From contig JAHEGN010000010.1 in NCBI GenBank assembly GCA_024645085.1, positions 3,045 through 67,044 of the forward strand: 64,000 nt of DNA, read 5' to 3'. The notes under the pieces were generated by a model. It did no database searches and was not told the origin of the DNA. It was given only the letters and a program-made list of their open reading frames with translations. Positions 20,392-32,450 of the stretch are shown one piece after another. The translations under genes and the position numbers were made by a program. The stretch is from Rhodobiaceae bacterium (GTDB lineage: Bacteria; Pseudomonadota; Alphaproteobacteria; RS24). Every line of letters begins with the position of its first letter. The stretch's first letter is position 1.

Positions 20392-21354
20392 ATGAGTTCG
20401 TCGCTGCCAATTATCGACTTCACGAATTTTGCCACGGCTTCAGCGGCACAGCGCCAAGCAATTGGTCAAGAAATCGGTGCCGCCGCCCGGCAAGTTGGAT
20501 TTTTTTATCTCACTGGCCATGCCATTGACCCAGCCCTGACCGAAGCGGCCTTTGCCGCTTCCGCTGCCTTCTTTGCTTTGCCACCAGCCGATAAGGCACG
20601 CATTGCCATTGAAAAATCGGCCTGTCATCGCGGTTGGTTTCATATCGGCGGTGAAGTGCTCGACGCCGAACGCCAGCCACAGGGTGATTATAAAGAAGGC
20701 GTCAAAATTGGTCGCGACCTTGGCCCCGAACATCCAAGGGTAAAGGCCAATGTGCCGCTACATGGGCCCAATCAGTGGCCAGAATTAGCCGGTTGGCAGG
20801 CCACCATGCAAGCTTATTATGATGCTTGCGAGGCGGTCAGTCGGCAATTAATGCAAGGCTTTGCTCTATCTTTGGGGCTCGAGGCCGATTATTTCGCGCC
20901 CCATCTGAGCTTGCCCATGGCGACATTGGGGCCGCTTTATTACCCACCGCTCAGTGGTGCAGATGCAGGATTAAGCGCCGGTGCCCATACTGATTTCGGC
21001 TGCCTAACCCTGCTGGCGCAACGTCACATTGCCGGTTTGGAAATCCTCAATAAACAAGGTGTTTGGCAGAGCATTCCCGTGCTCGACGGGGCCTTAGTGG
21101 TCAATATTGGCGATATGCTGGCGCGTTGGAGCAATGATCTTTATGCCTCGACGCAACATCGGGTCATCAATAAAAGCCAAGAGGCGCGCTATTCACTGGC
21201 GTTTTTCTTCGACCCCGACCCAGATGCCGATCTCTCGCCACTGCCCGGTTGCCTTGCGCCCGGCAGCCAAGCCAATTATCCTCCGGCCACATGCCTGTCG
21301 CATTTATTGCATAAGATTGAAGAAAGTTTCGCCTATCGGCAGAAGAGAGAATGA
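20392..21354 (+). CDS. 2-oxoglutarate/Fe(II)-dependent oxygenase (isopenicillin-N-synthase-like family)
   Basis: The HTD...H facial triad (GAHTDFG, STQHRV) and RYSLAFF (RxS). Confidence 0.85.
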   Translation: MSSSLPIIDFTNFATASAAQRQAIGQEIGAAARQVGFFYLTGHAIDPALTEAAFAASAAFFALPPADKARIAIEKSACHRGWFHIGGEVLDAERQPQGDYKEGVKIGRDLGPEHPRVKANVPLHGPNQWPELAGWQATMQAYYDACEAVSRQLMQGFALSLGLEADYFAPHLSLPMATLGPLYYPPLSGADAGLSAGAHTDFGCLTLLAQRHIAGLEILNKQGVWQSIPVLDGALVVNIGDMLARWSNDLYASTQHRVINKSQEARYSLAFFFDPDPDADLSPLPGCLAPGSQANYPPATCLSHLLHKIEESFAYRQKRE

Positions 21355-22202
21355 TGAGTAAATTCGTTTTAACCCTATCGTGTCCTGATGCTTTGGGCAT
21401 TGTCGCCGCCGTTTCGCAAGCCTTGGCCAATGCGCAAATGAATATTGAAGAAAGCCACCAATATGGCGACCCCGATAGCGGACAGTTTTTTATGCGCGTC
21501 GGAATTGGCGCACAAAGCACTGATAGTAAACAGGTTTTTGAGTCCGCTTTTGAGACTGTCGCGAGCAAATTTAACATGCAATGGCATTTATATGACGCCG
21601 GCGTAAAACCGCGCACGTTGATATTAGTATCCAAATTCGATCATTGCATGGTTGATTTGATCTACCGTTGCCAGCGCGGCAGCCTGCATATGGATATTGC
21701 CGCCGTCGCCTCCAACCATGAGATTGGCCGCGATTGGAGCGAGAATGCCGGCATTGCCTATCACTATTGGCCGGGTGGCAAAGAGGCAAAAGCCGAGAAT
21801 GAAGCCAAGTTAAAAGCGTTGATTGAGGCAGAAAATATTGAGCTGATTATTCTGGCCCGCTATATGCAGATTCTCTCGCCCGACCTGACCGCGGCTTATA
21901 GTGGGCAGATTATTAATATTCACCATAGCTTTCTGCCGAGTTTCAAAGGCGCTGAGCCCTATAGCCGGGCCCATGCGCGGGGCGTGAAAATGATTGGCGC
22001 CACCGCCCATTTCGTGACCGCTGATCTCGACGAAGGGCCAATTATCAGCCAAGGCATTGAAGCCATCCGCCATGATATGAACGTCGAGGAAGTGATTGAC
22101 GTCGGCCGCGATGTCGAGCGGCGTACATTAGCCACATCCGTGCGCCTATATACCGAGCGCCGAGTGCTGCTGAATGGCTTAAAAACAGTAGTGTTTGATT
22201 AG
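21351..22202 (+). CDS. purU: Formyltetrahydrofolate deformylase
   Basis: An N-terminal ACT domain plus a formyltransferase core (HHSFLPSFKGA). Confidence 0.92.
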   Translation: MMSKFVLTLSCPDALGIVAAVSQALANAQMNIEESHQYGDPDSGQFFMRVGIGAQSTDSKQVFESAFETVASKFNMQWHLYDAGVKPRTLILVSKFDHCMVDLIYRCQRGSLHMDIAAVASNHEIGRDWSENAGIAYHYWPGGKEAKAENEAKLKALIEAENIELIILARYMQILSPDLTAAYSGQIINIHHSFLPSFKGAEPYSRAHARGVKMIGATAHFVTADLDEGPIISQGIEAIRHDMNVEEVIDVGRDVERRTLATSVRLYTERRVLLNGLKTVVFD

Positions 22203-22203
22203 G

Positions 22204-22500
22204 CTAGGCGTCTTCAGAGGTGCCGCGTTCGGCCGCTTGCGCCTCAGTCAAAATTGTCTCAGCCAGAACCGTGACCCCCTCAGGGGTGACGTCTACGAAT
22301 CCACCGTCAAGGTGATATTGGCTTACAACGCCGTCATTCTCGACCACTAAGACGCCAGGACGGATGATTGACATCACCGGACTGTGATTTGGCAAAACCC
22401 CGAAATCACCCTCGAGACCGGGAACGCTGACGCTGTCGACTTGCGCAGACAGCACCAGGCTTTCCGGTGAAACGAGATCAAATTGTAGCTTATTGGCCAT
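22204..22500 (-). CDS. atpC: F1 ATP synthase epsilon subunit, short form (98 aa)
   Basis: The N-terminal beta-sandwich region is present (LVSPE...VPG..GDFGVLPNHSP). The sequence ends shortly after VLAETI, so it lacks most of the C-terminal helical hairpin. Confidence 0.85.
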   Translation of the reverse strand: MANKLQFDLVSPESLVLSAQVDSVSVPGLEGDFGVLPNHSPVMSIIRPGVLVVENDGVVSQYHLDGGFVDVTPEGVTVLAETILTEAQAAERGTSEDA

Positions 22501-22514
22501 TGATGAGAACTTTC

Positions 22515-23966
<1,452 letters not shown>

Positions 23967-23976
23967 TCAATCCGTC

Positions 23977-24855
23977 TTAAAGTGCTTCCGCACCGGAAAT
24001 AATTTCAATCAATTCTTTGGTAATTTGTGCCTGACGTGACCGGTTATAGGTAATCGACAGAGCATCAATCATTTCGCCCGCATTGCGGGTTGCATTATCC
24101 ATAGCACTCATCCGTGCGCCTTGCTCGCTGGCTGCATTTTCCAGCAGGGCGCGCAAAATCTGAATGGCGATATTACGCGGCAACAGCGCGTCTAAAATTT
24201 CCGCCTCTTCAGGCTCATAATCATAGGCAGCGCCGGCCAAATCTGGGCCTTCAACCGCTTCAATATGGGCTGGAATAATTTGCAAGGCCGTTGGCACTTG
24301 CGTCAGCACATTTTGAAAGCGTGAGTAATATAATTTGCAAATGTCAAAGCCGCCATTTTCAAAGTCACCCAGCACTTGCGTGGCCACTTCTTGCGCTTGC
24401 TCATAACCAATTTTTTTCATGCCTTGATACGAAATCATCGGCAACAGCTCTTTGGTGAAATTACGCTTCAACACATCATAGCCTTTGCGACCAACGCAAA
24501 GAATTTTAACGTCTTTGCCTTCCGCCATCAGGCGATAGGCGTCGGCCCGAGCCAGACGTGCAATCGACGAGTTAAAACCGCCACACAGGCCGCGCTCGGC
24601 GGTTGCGACAATCAATAAATGCGACTGTTCGCTGCCAGTGCCTGCCAAAAGCTTAGGCGCCCCCTGCGGGTCGGTAATACCGGCCGCCAGATTGCCCAAA
24701 ACCGCGCCCATACGATCAGCATAGGGGCGAGCGGCTTCAGCTGCTTCTTGGGCACGACGCAACTTTGAAGCTGCCACCATTTGCATGGCGCGCGTAATCT
24801 TCTGCGTTGCCTGCACGCTGGCGATACGATTGCGAAGTTCTTTCAATGACGCCAT
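23977..24855 (-). CDS. atpG: F1 ATP synthase gamma subunit
   Basis: [36 protein letters not shown]. Confidence 0.95.
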   Translation of the reverse strand: MASLKELRNRIASVQATQKITRAMQMVAASKLRRAQEAAEAARPYADRMGAVLGNLAAGITDPQGAPKLLAGTGSEQSHLLIVATAERGLCGGFNSSIARLARADAYRLMAEGKDVKILCVGRKGYDVLKRNFTKELLPMISYQGMKKIGYEQAQEVATQVLGDFENGGFDICKLYYSRFQNVLTQVPTALQIIPAHIEAVEGPDLAGAAYDYEPEEAEILDALLPRNIAIQILRALLENAASEQGARMSAMDNATRNAGEMIDALSITYNRSRQAQITKELIEIISGAEAL

Positions 24856-24885
24856 TGATGGCCCCCTTCAGTGTCTCACCAGAGC

Positions 24886-26415
24886 CTATTCAAAGCTCGC
24901 TGCGTAACCATCAATCGCTTTTTTCAAAGCGGCTTCAGTTGTCTCTGACAATGCTTTTTCAGCGCGAATGGCGTCCAGAATGGCGCTTTCTTTACTGTGC
25001 ATTAATTCCAACAGACCGGCCTCGAAACGGCCAACTGCTGAGGTCTCAATTTTGTCGAGATAGCCGTTCACACCAGCGTAAATCACCACCACTTGCTCTT
25101 CCACTTTCAGCGGCGAGAACTGGCCCTGTTTCAGCAATTCTGTCAGGCGCTCACCGCGCTTCAGCAATTGCTGCGTCGATGCGTCAAGGTCGGAACCAAA
25201 TTGCGCAAAAGCGGCCATTTCACGATATTGCGCCAATTCGCCTTTAATTTTACCGGCAACTTGTTTCATCGCTTTAATCTGAGCGGCTGAACCCACACGT
25301 GACACCGACAAACCAACGTTCACCGCTGGACGAATGCCTTGATAGAACAAATCTGTTTCCAAGAAAATCTGACCATCGGTAATTGAAATCACATTGGTCG
25401 GAATATAGGCCGACACGTCATTGGCTTGTGTTTCAATAATCGGCAGAGCGGTCATTGAACCGGCGCCAAACTCATCATTCAATTTGGCTGCGCGCTCCAG
25501 CAAACGTGAGTGCAAGAAGAACACATCACCCGGATAGGCTTCACGGCCTGGCGGGCGACGCAACAACAATGACATTTGACGATATGACACGGCTTGTTTT
25601 GACAAATCATCATAAGTAATCAGCGCGTGCATGCCATTATCGCGGAAATATTCGCCCATGGTGCAGCCTGTGAACGGCGCCAAGAATTGCAGCGGTGCCG
25701 CTTCAGAGGCGGTCGCGGCGACAACGATGGAATATTTCATCGCATCATTTTCTTCCAGCGTTTTCACAATTTGCGCAACGGTTGAGCGTTTTTGACCAAT
25801 AGCAACATAAACGCAATAGAGTTTGGCGCTTTCGTCGTCGCCATCATTAATGGCTTTTTGGTTCAAAATCGTATCAATAGCGATAGCGGTTTTGCCTGTT
25901 TGGCGGTCGCCAATGATCAATTCGCGTTGACCGCGACCGATTGGAATCAGCGCATCAACCGCTTTCAAACCGGTTTGCATTGGCTCGTGAACTGATTTAC
26001 GCGGGATAATGCCCGGCGCTTTCACATCCACTTTCATGCGCACGTCTGTGTTAATCGGGCCTTTGCCATCCAATGGATTGCCGAGCGGGTCAACCACGCG
26101 ACCGAGCAATTCTTTGCCGACCGGTACCGACACAATATCGCCGGTCCGTTTGACGGTGTCGCCTTCGCGAATTTCGCGGTCAGAACCGAAAACCACCACG
26201 CCGACATTGTCTTCTTCGAGGTTCAACGCCATACCGCGCACACCACCGGGGAATTCAACCATTTCACCAGCCTGAACATTGTCCAGACCATAAATCCGGG
26301 CGATACCATCGCCTACAGAAAGAACCTGACCAATTTCTGATACTTCAGATTTTTGATCAAATCCCTTAATTTGTTCTTTCAAAATGGAAGAAACTTCGGA
26401 AGCTTTAATGTCCAT
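24886..26415 (-). CDS. atpA: F1 ATP synthase alpha subunit
   Basis: GDRQTGKTA Walker A with full-length alpha similarity. Confidence 0.97.
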   Translation of the reverse strand: MDIKASEVSSILKEQIKGFDQKSEVSEIGQVLSVGDGIARIYGLDNVQAGEMVEFPGGVRGMALNLEEDNVGVVVFGSDREIREGDTVKRTGDIVSVPVGKELLGRVVDPLGNPLDGKGPINTDVRMKVDVKAPGIIPRKSVHEPMQTGLKAVDALIPIGRGQRELIIGDRQTGKTAIAIDTILNQKAINDGDDESAKLYCVYVAIGQKRSTVAQIVKTLEENDAMKYSIVVAATASEAAPLQFLAPFTGCTMGEYFRDNGMHALITYDDLSKQAVSYRQMSLLLRRPPGREAYPGDVFFLHSRLLERAAKLNDEFGAGSMTALPIIETQANDVSAYIPTNVISITDGQIFLETDLFYQGIRPAVNVGLSVSRVGSAAQIKAMKQVAGKIKGELAQYREMAAFAQFGSDLDASTQQLLKRGERLTELLKQGQFSPLKVEEQVVVIYAGVNGYLDKIETSAVGRFEAGLLELMHSKESAILDAIRAEKALSETTEAALKKAIDGYAASFE

Positions 26416-26431
26416 CAGCGTGCCTCATTCA

Positions 26432-26992
26432 TTACCCGTTTAGGGCGGTTTTCAACGTATTTAATTTAGTCCGTAGCGAGCCATCAATCATCTGGCTGCC
26501 AATTTCAACAATCAACCCACCCAGAAGCGCGCTGTCTTGCTTGGCATCAACCACAATGGTTTTGCCAAAAACATCTTTTAACTGTCGTTTCAGATCTTCA
26601 ATTTGGCCATCAGCCAAAGCATGCGCTGAGGTGATATAGGCCACCATTTCATCGCGTGAACCCGCCACCAGTGTCGCATATTGGCGCGCCATATCGGGCA
26701 GTGCCGAGGTGCGGCGTTTGGAAATCACTAAAGACACGAAATTGCGCAATAATTGGCTACCACCGGCTTTTTTCAATACCGCATCAAGTGCTGCGGTTTG
26801 CTCATCGGCTGAGATAATCGGGCTGCGGATTAATTTTTGTAAATCGGCATTCTCACTCAGCAGTACTAGCAAGGTCGCGACATCATCGTGCAATTGCTGT
26901 TGGCCGTCGGCAGGCAGCTCCTGCATCAGCTCAAACAAAGCTACGGCGTAACGTTCGGCTAGGCCACCAATCATGCTTTCTTTTGAAGACAA
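26432..26992 (-). CDS. atpH: F1 ATP synthase delta (OSCP) subunit
   Basis: LAERYAVALFEL near the N-terminus. I prefer the TTG start at 26992 (AGGA 7 nt upstream, giving 186 aa). The alternatives are the ATG at 26974 or the ORF-track start at 27031. Confidence 0.82.
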   Translation of the reverse strand: MSSKESMIGGLAERYAVALFELMQELPADGQQQLHDDVATLLVLLSENADLQKLIRSPIISADEQTAALDAVLKKAGGSQLLRNFVSLVISKRRTSALPDMARQYATLVAGSRDEMVAYITSAHALADGQIEDLKRQLKDVFGKTIVVDAKQDSALLGGLIVEIGSQMIDGSLRTKLNTLKTALNG

Positions 26993-27172
26993 ATGACTAT
27001 CCTGTTTGCTAGGCGAGATGGCTAAGCCCACCTCGACGAAAAACTCACAATATGGCAGAAAAGAGGGCTATTCCACCAATATGGCTGATGCAATATCACG
27101 TCACAGGGGCGCTTGCAACACCCCAATTCCAACTCATTCACAAGCAAGGCCGAAAACCCGCTTTATCGTCAC

Positions 27173-29335
27173 TTACAGAAAACTATAAGGGTCAATATCC
27201 ACCGACAAACGCAAGCTCCCACGCAGCTTCACCGGGGCCAGCCATTGGTCGATGAAACCCTGCATAGAAGCCGTTTTTGGGCCTTTTAACAGGAACCGGA
27301 AGCGGAAACGATCGCGGATTCGGGCGATTGGGGCGGGCGCTGGGCCGAGCACCACAATCTCCGGATGCGGGGGAATTTGTCGCGCCAAAGCACGCACAAA
27401 ATTAAGCGCTTCTTGCTGATCGCGGGCTGAAATAATCAGCGCCGCCAGCCGACCAAAAGGCGGCATGGCAGCAATTTGGCGGGCCATGGTCTCGCGCTCG
27501 AAAAAAGCGTCGCGATCGCCAGCCGCCAAAGCCTGCAAAACCGGATGATCGGGCATATGGGTTTGCAACATGGCGTGGCCCCGAACGGCGGCGCGACCGG
27601 CCCGCCCAGCGACCTGCGATAATAATTGATAGGTCCGTTCGGCGGCCCGCAAATCGCCATTGCCCAGGCCCAAATCAGCATCAACCACGCCAACAAAGCT
27701 GAGTTTTGGGAAATGATGCCCTTTGGCGACAATTTGGGTGCCGATAATAATGTCCGCCGCGCCTTCCGCAATTTGCTGAATGGTCTCGCGCATGGCGGCC
27801 GTGCCACCGGCCATATCAGACGACAAAATAGCTGTGCGGGCGTGCGGAAAACGATGAATAACTTCCTCGGTGATGCGCTCAACGCCGGGCCCGCAGGCGG
27901 CTAGTTTATCGGCTTCACCGCAGGCGTCGCAAATTTGCGGCACCGGCCTTTGATTGCCGCAATGGTGGCATTGCAATTGCTGCCGGAAGCGGTGCTCAAC
28001 CATCCACGCATCACACGCGTCGCAAGCATAGCGATGGCCGCAGGCGCGACACAGAGTCAGTGGCGCATAACCGCGCCGATTGAGAAACAGCAAAGCCTGC
28101 TCGCCACGTTCAACCGCCTGCTCAACGGCAGTGACCATTTCTGGCACCAACCATTGGCCTCGCGGTGGTGGCGAGGCGCGCATATCGACCAATTGCATAT
28201 CTGGCAAAGCGGCACCGCCATGACGCGACGGCAAACGGTGGTGCACATAGCGTTTTTGCTGCGCATTCACATAGCTCTCAAGCGACGGCGTCGCCGAGGC
28301 GAGAATCACCGGACAATTGACAAATTGACCGCGCACAACGGCCATATCGCGGGCATTGTAAATCACCCCATCTTCTTGCTTAAAGCCGCCATCATGTTCT
28401 TCATCGACAATAATCACGCCAAGGTCGCGCCACGGCAAAAACAACGCTGAACGGGCGCCGACCAAAACCGATATGCGGTCTTCGGCAACCTCGCGCCATG
28501 TACGACGACGCTCGGCTGGCCCCAGTCCAGAATGCCACATGGCTGGCTGACAGCCAAATCGGGCCTCAAATCGGTCGAGGAATTGCGCCGTTAATGAAAT
28601 TTCTGGCAATAAAATGAGCGCTTGGCGACCGCTTTCAAGCGCCGCAGCAATGGCCTCGAAATAGACTTCTGTTTTACCGGCGCCGGTTACCCCGTCGAGC
28701 AAATGCACGCTGAAAGATTGCGCCGTCACCGCCGCCGTCAGGGCTTCAGCGACCGGTTTTTGCAGCGCCGATAAGTCGGTTTTGCCAGCATTTGCCGCAG
28801 GTTGGTCAAATGCCACATGGCCCGGCAAATCATAAGCCAATAAATGCCCAGCTTCGGCCAATGTCTTAACCACCGAGGCGCTCACGCCGGCTTGGCGGGC
28901 TAAATCGGCACTGGTTAAACCCTGCGCGCCTAATTCGGCGAGAACATCAAACACTCGTTGGCGCGCCGCTGTCATGCGCTCTGGCGGCGGGCCGGCGCGA
29001 TAGGCGGTCATTGGCTTGGCTGGTTCCAGCGCTGCCGGCACCCGCATCACCTGCCGCAGCACCAGCCCCGGTGGCGACATCACATAGCTGGCCACCCAGT
29101 CGATAAATTTGCGCAAATGGGCGGCCAGCGGTGGCACGTCCAATCGATTTTGCACGGATTTTAATTTTGCCTGAGGTGTGTCGCCAAGCGCTGGGCCCCA
29201 GACCACCCCATTGACCCGCCGTGGCCCCAAGGGCACGCGCACGAAATCTCCCGGCTGAAGGCGCATATCAGACGGTACCGCATAATCATAAGGCCCCGGC
29301 AAACCGAGGGGAATCAGCACAGCGACAACTTGCAT
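27173..29335 (-). CDS. priA: Primosomal protein N' (replication restart helicase PriA)
   Basis: GVTGAGKTEVY Walker A, the VDEEHD box, and a Cys-rich Zn-binding insertion (CRACGHRYACDACDAWM...CHHCG). Confidence 0.93.
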   Translation of the reverse strand: MQVVAVLIPLGLPGPYDYAVPSDMRLQPGDFVRVPLGPRRVNGVVWGPALGDTPQAKLKSVQNRLDVPPLAAHLRKFIDWVASYVMSPPGLVLRQVMRVPAALEPAKPMTAYRAGPPPERMTAARQRVFDVLAELGAQGLTSADLARQAGVSASVVKTLAEAGHLLAYDLPGHVAFDQPAANAGKTDLSALQKPVAEALTAAVTAQSFSVHLLDGVTGAGKTEVYFEAIAAALESGRQALILLPEISLTAQFLDRFEARFGCQPAMWHSGLGPAERRRTWREVAEDRISVLVGARSALFLPWRDLGVIIVDEEHDGGFKQEDGVIYNARDMAVVRGQFVNCPVILASATPSLESYVNAQQKRYVHHRLPSRHGGAALPDMQLVDMRASPPPRGQWLVPEMVTAVEQAVERGEQALLFLNRRGYAPLTLCRACGHRYACDACDAWMVEHRFRQQLQCHHCGNQRPVPQICDACGEADKLAACGPGVERITEEVIHRFPHARTAILSSDMAGGTAAMRETIQQIAEGAADIIIGTQIVAKGHHFPKLSFVGVVDADLGLGNGDLRAAERTYQLLSQVAGRAGRAAVRGHAMLQTHMPDHPVLQALAAGDRDAFFERETMARQIAAMPPFGRLAALIISARDQQEALNFVRALARQIPPHPEIVVLGPAPAPIARIRDRFRFRFLLKGPKTASMQGFIDQWLAPVKLRGSLRLSVDIDPYSFL

Positions 29336-29431
29336 GACGCCACTGTCTTATATGGCTTGAAGAAAGGCAAGCAGTGGTGCAAGTTTAACCAAAGTCTTTG
29401 ATGATTTACTTGCCATAATGAGGGAAATGCC

Positions 29432-30088
29432 ATGAAATTTTTTATCGATAGCGCCGACACTGCCGCGATTGCCGATCTTGCCGCCACTGGCATGGTCGAT
29501 GGGGTCACCACCAACCCGTCTCTGGTCGCCAAATCAGGCCGCGACTTCAAGGAATTAATCAGCGAAATTTGCACGCTGACCAAAGGCCCCGTATCGGCCG
29601 AGGTGACGGCGCTCGATGCCAAAGCCATGCTGTCTGAAGCCGATCAGCTTTTGGCCATCGCCGATAATGTTTGCATCAAAGTACCGCTGACATGGGATGG
29701 GCTGAAAGCCACGCGGGCGCTGGCTGATAATGGCCATAAGGTCAATGTCACCTTGTGTTTCTCGGCCAATCAAGCGCTGCTGGCAGCCAAAGCAGGAGCC
29801 GCATATATTTCTCCATTTGTCGGACGGTTGGATGATATTTCCGCCGATGGCATGGGGCTGATTGGCGATATTCGGCAGATTTATGATAATTACCCCGATC
29901 TTGAGACAGAAATTCTCGTCGCCTCTGTGCGCTCGCCCGAGCATATTCGGCAATCGGCTTTAATTGGCGCTGATGTTGCCACTTTACCGCCGGAAGTCTT
30001 GCGCAGCCTTATCGCTCACCCGCTGACCGATAAAGGGCTTGAGGCATTTCTCGCCGACTGGCAAAAAACCGGCCAGTCCATCACCTGA
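29432..30088 (+). CDS. tal: Short transaldolase / fructose-6-phosphate aldolase family protein
   Basis: [31 protein letters not shown]; 218 aa. Confidence 0.9.
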   Translation: MKFFIDSADTAAIADLAATGMVDGVTTNPSLVAKSGRDFKELISEICTLTKGPVSAEVTALDAKAMLSEADQLLAIADNVCIKVPLTWDGLKATRALADNGHKVNVTLCFSANQALLAAKAGAAYISPFVGRLDDISADGMGLIGDIRQIYDNYPDLETEILVASVRSPEHIRQSALIGADVATLPPEVLRSLIAHPLTDKGLEAFLADWQKTGQSIT

Positions 30089-31020
30089 TGCCACCGCCCA
30101 ACATGGCTGGTGACTTGCAGCGTCAGCATGATGCGTGGGTTGCGCGCATGACCTATGAAAGCCGTTTGAGCCCGCATAGTGTGGCCAGCTATCAACGCGA
30201 CCTGCGGCAGTTTTTGAGCTTTCTGAATGGCTATGTCGAACGGCCGCCGCAATTATCCGACTTCGCTGATTTGCAACTGGCGACCTTGCGGGCCTTTCTG
30301 GCGTCGCGGCGGATCGAAGGCGCCGAAAGCCGTTCGCTGTTGCGCACCATGTCGGGCTTGCGCAACTTCGCGCAATTCCTCGAGCAGCAGAAAATTGCCG
30401 TCAGTCAAGCGTTTTACCTGGTCAATATGCCAAAGCAGAAACGCAGTTTGCCGCGCCCTATCGATAGTCAAAGCGTGCTGCAGCTTATTCAATTGGCGCT
30501 TGAAACCCCAAAACAAAATTGGGTCGGCCAGCGCGATGCGGCTTTGCTGACCCTGCTTTACGGCTGTGGTTTGCGCATTTCTGAGGCTTTGGCATTGAAC
30601 GTCGGTGATGTGCCGGACGCTGCCGAAGTCGGCCTGCGGGTACTCGGCAAGGGCAATAAAATGCGCGATGTGCCGCTTTTGCCGCTAGTTCACCAAGCGT
30701 TGCACGGGGCGATACAAGCGGCGCCATTTACCGCAGCGGCCAATGATCCAGTATTTCGCGGCGCGCGCGGCGGACGTTTCAGTGCGCGACTGGCGCAACA
30801 AATGCTGGCCCAACATCGCCGCACGCTGAACCTGCCTGATAGTGTGACCCCGCACGCTTTGCGGCATAGTTTTGCGACGCATTTATTATCAGCTGGCGGC
30901 GATTTGCGCACCATTCAAGAGTTGCTCGGCCATGCGCAATTAAGCTCGACGCAAATTTATACAGAAGTCGATAGCGCCAGCTTGATTGCGATTTATCAAA
31001 AAGCCCATCAGCGCAAATAG
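30088..31020 (+). CDS. xerC: Tyrosine recombinase, XerC-like
   Basis: The C-terminal catalytic region HALRHSFATHLLSAGGDLRTIQELLGHAQLSSTQIYT. The RHSFATH variant suggests XerC rather than XerD. There is a TGATG overlap with tal. Confidence 0.8.
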   Translation: MPPPNMAGDLQRQHDAWVARMTYESRLSPHSVASYQRDLRQFLSFLNGYVERPPQLSDFADLQLATLRAFLASRRIEGAESRSLLRTMSGLRNFAQFLEQQKIAVSQAFYLVNMPKQKRSLPRPIDSQSVLQLIQLALETPKQNWVGQRDAALLTLLYGCGLRISEALALNVGDVPDAAEVGLRVLGKGNKMRDVPLLPLVHQALHGAIQAAPFTAAANDPVFRGARGGRFSARLAQQMLAQHRRTLNLPDSVTPHALRHSFATHLLSAGGDLRTIQELLGHAQLSSTQIYTEVDSASLIAIYQKAHQRK

Positions 31021-32439
31021 CTACATATGAAGGGCGCGGCCCTCAATCGCCAAAGCCGCCTCTTTCACCGCTTCGGGCAAAGTTGGATGCGCGTGGCAGG
31101 TGCGGGCGATATCTTCTGAGCTAGCAGAAAATTCCATGGCCATTGCCGCTTCAGCAATCAAATTGCCCGCCTGAGCGCCCAAAATATGCACCCCAAGCAC
31201 GCGATCCGTTTTGGCATCAGCAAGAATTTTAACAAACCCTTCAGTCGTGCCATTGACCTTGGCGCGACCATTGGCGGTAAACGGAAATTTACCGACCACA
31301 TAATCGACGCCATCTTCTTTCAGCTGCTCTTCTGAACGCCCCACCCATGCCACTTCCGGTGCCGTATAAATCACCCCCGGAATGACATGATAATTCACAT
31401 GCGACGGCTTGCCGGCCAAATGTTCGGCCACGGCAACGCCTTCTTCTTCCGCCTTGTGAGCCAGCATCGGCCCGGCGATGACATCACCAATGGCAAACAC
31501 ACCATCAATATTGGTTTTGAAATGCGCGTCAGTTTCAATACGCCCCTGCGGATCGCGGGTGACGCCAATCGCTTCCAAACCAAGCCCATCAGTATGCGGG
31601 CGGCGGCCAATGGCAATCAATACGCGATCTGCCGTCAGCGTTTCTTCCGCGCCATCGCCAGAGGCCGGTGCCAAGGTCACTTTGGCCGAGGCTTTGAGAG
31701 CTTTGGCGGCGGTGACCTTCTTGCCCAGCATGAATTTAATGCCTTGTTTTTTCAGCACACGCTGGAAGTTTTTCGCCAAATCAGCGTCGACCCCCGGGGT
31801 GATGCGATCGAGGAATTCTACCACAGTGACCTCAGCCCCCAGACGGCGCCAGACAGAACCCAGTTCAAGACCAATAATACCAGCCCCGACAATCACCAAA
31901 TGTTTGGGAATCGACGGCAAGCTCAACGCGCCAGTCGATGAGACAATCCGGTCTTCGTCAATTTCAATGCCCGGCAGCGGGGTAACCTCAGAACCTGTCG
32001 CAATGACAATATTCTTCGCCGTCAGGCTGCGTTGGCCACCATCGAGCAGGTCAATATGCAATGCGCCCGGTGCCGTCAGCCTTGCCGCGCCATGAATTTC
32101 TTCAACTTTGTTTTTCTTCAATAAAAATGTGACGCCCTGCGTATTGCCATCAATACCGGCCTGCTTAAACGACATCATTTTTTCCAGATCAACCTTCACC
32201 GCGCCAACCGAAATTCCCATATCGCCAGCGTGCTGAGTTTCTTGCAAAACTTCAGAGGCATGCAAAAGCGCTTTTGACGGAATACAGCCGACATTCAGAC
32301 ACGTGCCACCGGGGGCGCCGCGCTTATCAATAATCGCTACTTTCATGCCCAATTGGGCCGCCCGAATGGCGCATACATAACCGCCAGGGCCAGCACCAAT
32401 CACCACAAGGTCGAATTGGTTAGTGTTTTCTTCGCTCAT
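31021..32439 (-). CDS. lpdA: Dihydrolipoyl dehydrogenase (E3)
   Basis: GGTCLNVGCIPSK redox-active disulfide and the HAHPT C-terminal motif. Confidence 0.95.
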   Translation of the reverse strand: MSEENTNQFDLVVIGAGPGGYVCAIRAAQLGMKVAIIDKRGAPGGTCLNVGCIPSKALLHASEVLQETQHAGDMGISVGAVKVDLEKMMSFKQAGIDGNTQGVTFLLKKNKVEEIHGAARLTAPGALHIDLLDGGQRSLTAKNIVIATGSEVTPLPGIEIDEDRIVSSTGALSLPSIPKHLVIVGAGIIGLELGSVWRRLGAEVTVVEFLDRITPGVDADLAKNFQRVLKKQGIKFMLGKKVTAAKALKASAKVTLAPASGDGAEETLTADRVLIAIGRRPHTDGLGLEAIGVTRDPQGRIETDAHFKTNIDGVFAIGDVIAGPMLAHKAEEEGVAVAEHLAGKPSHVNYHVIPGVIYTAPEVAWVGRSEEQLKEDGVDYVVGKFPFTANGRAKVNGTTEGFVKILADAKTDRVLGVHILGAQAGNLIAEAAMAMEFSASSEDIARTCHAHPTLPEAVKEAALAIEGRALHM

Positions 32440-32450
32440 TAAAGCCTCAC

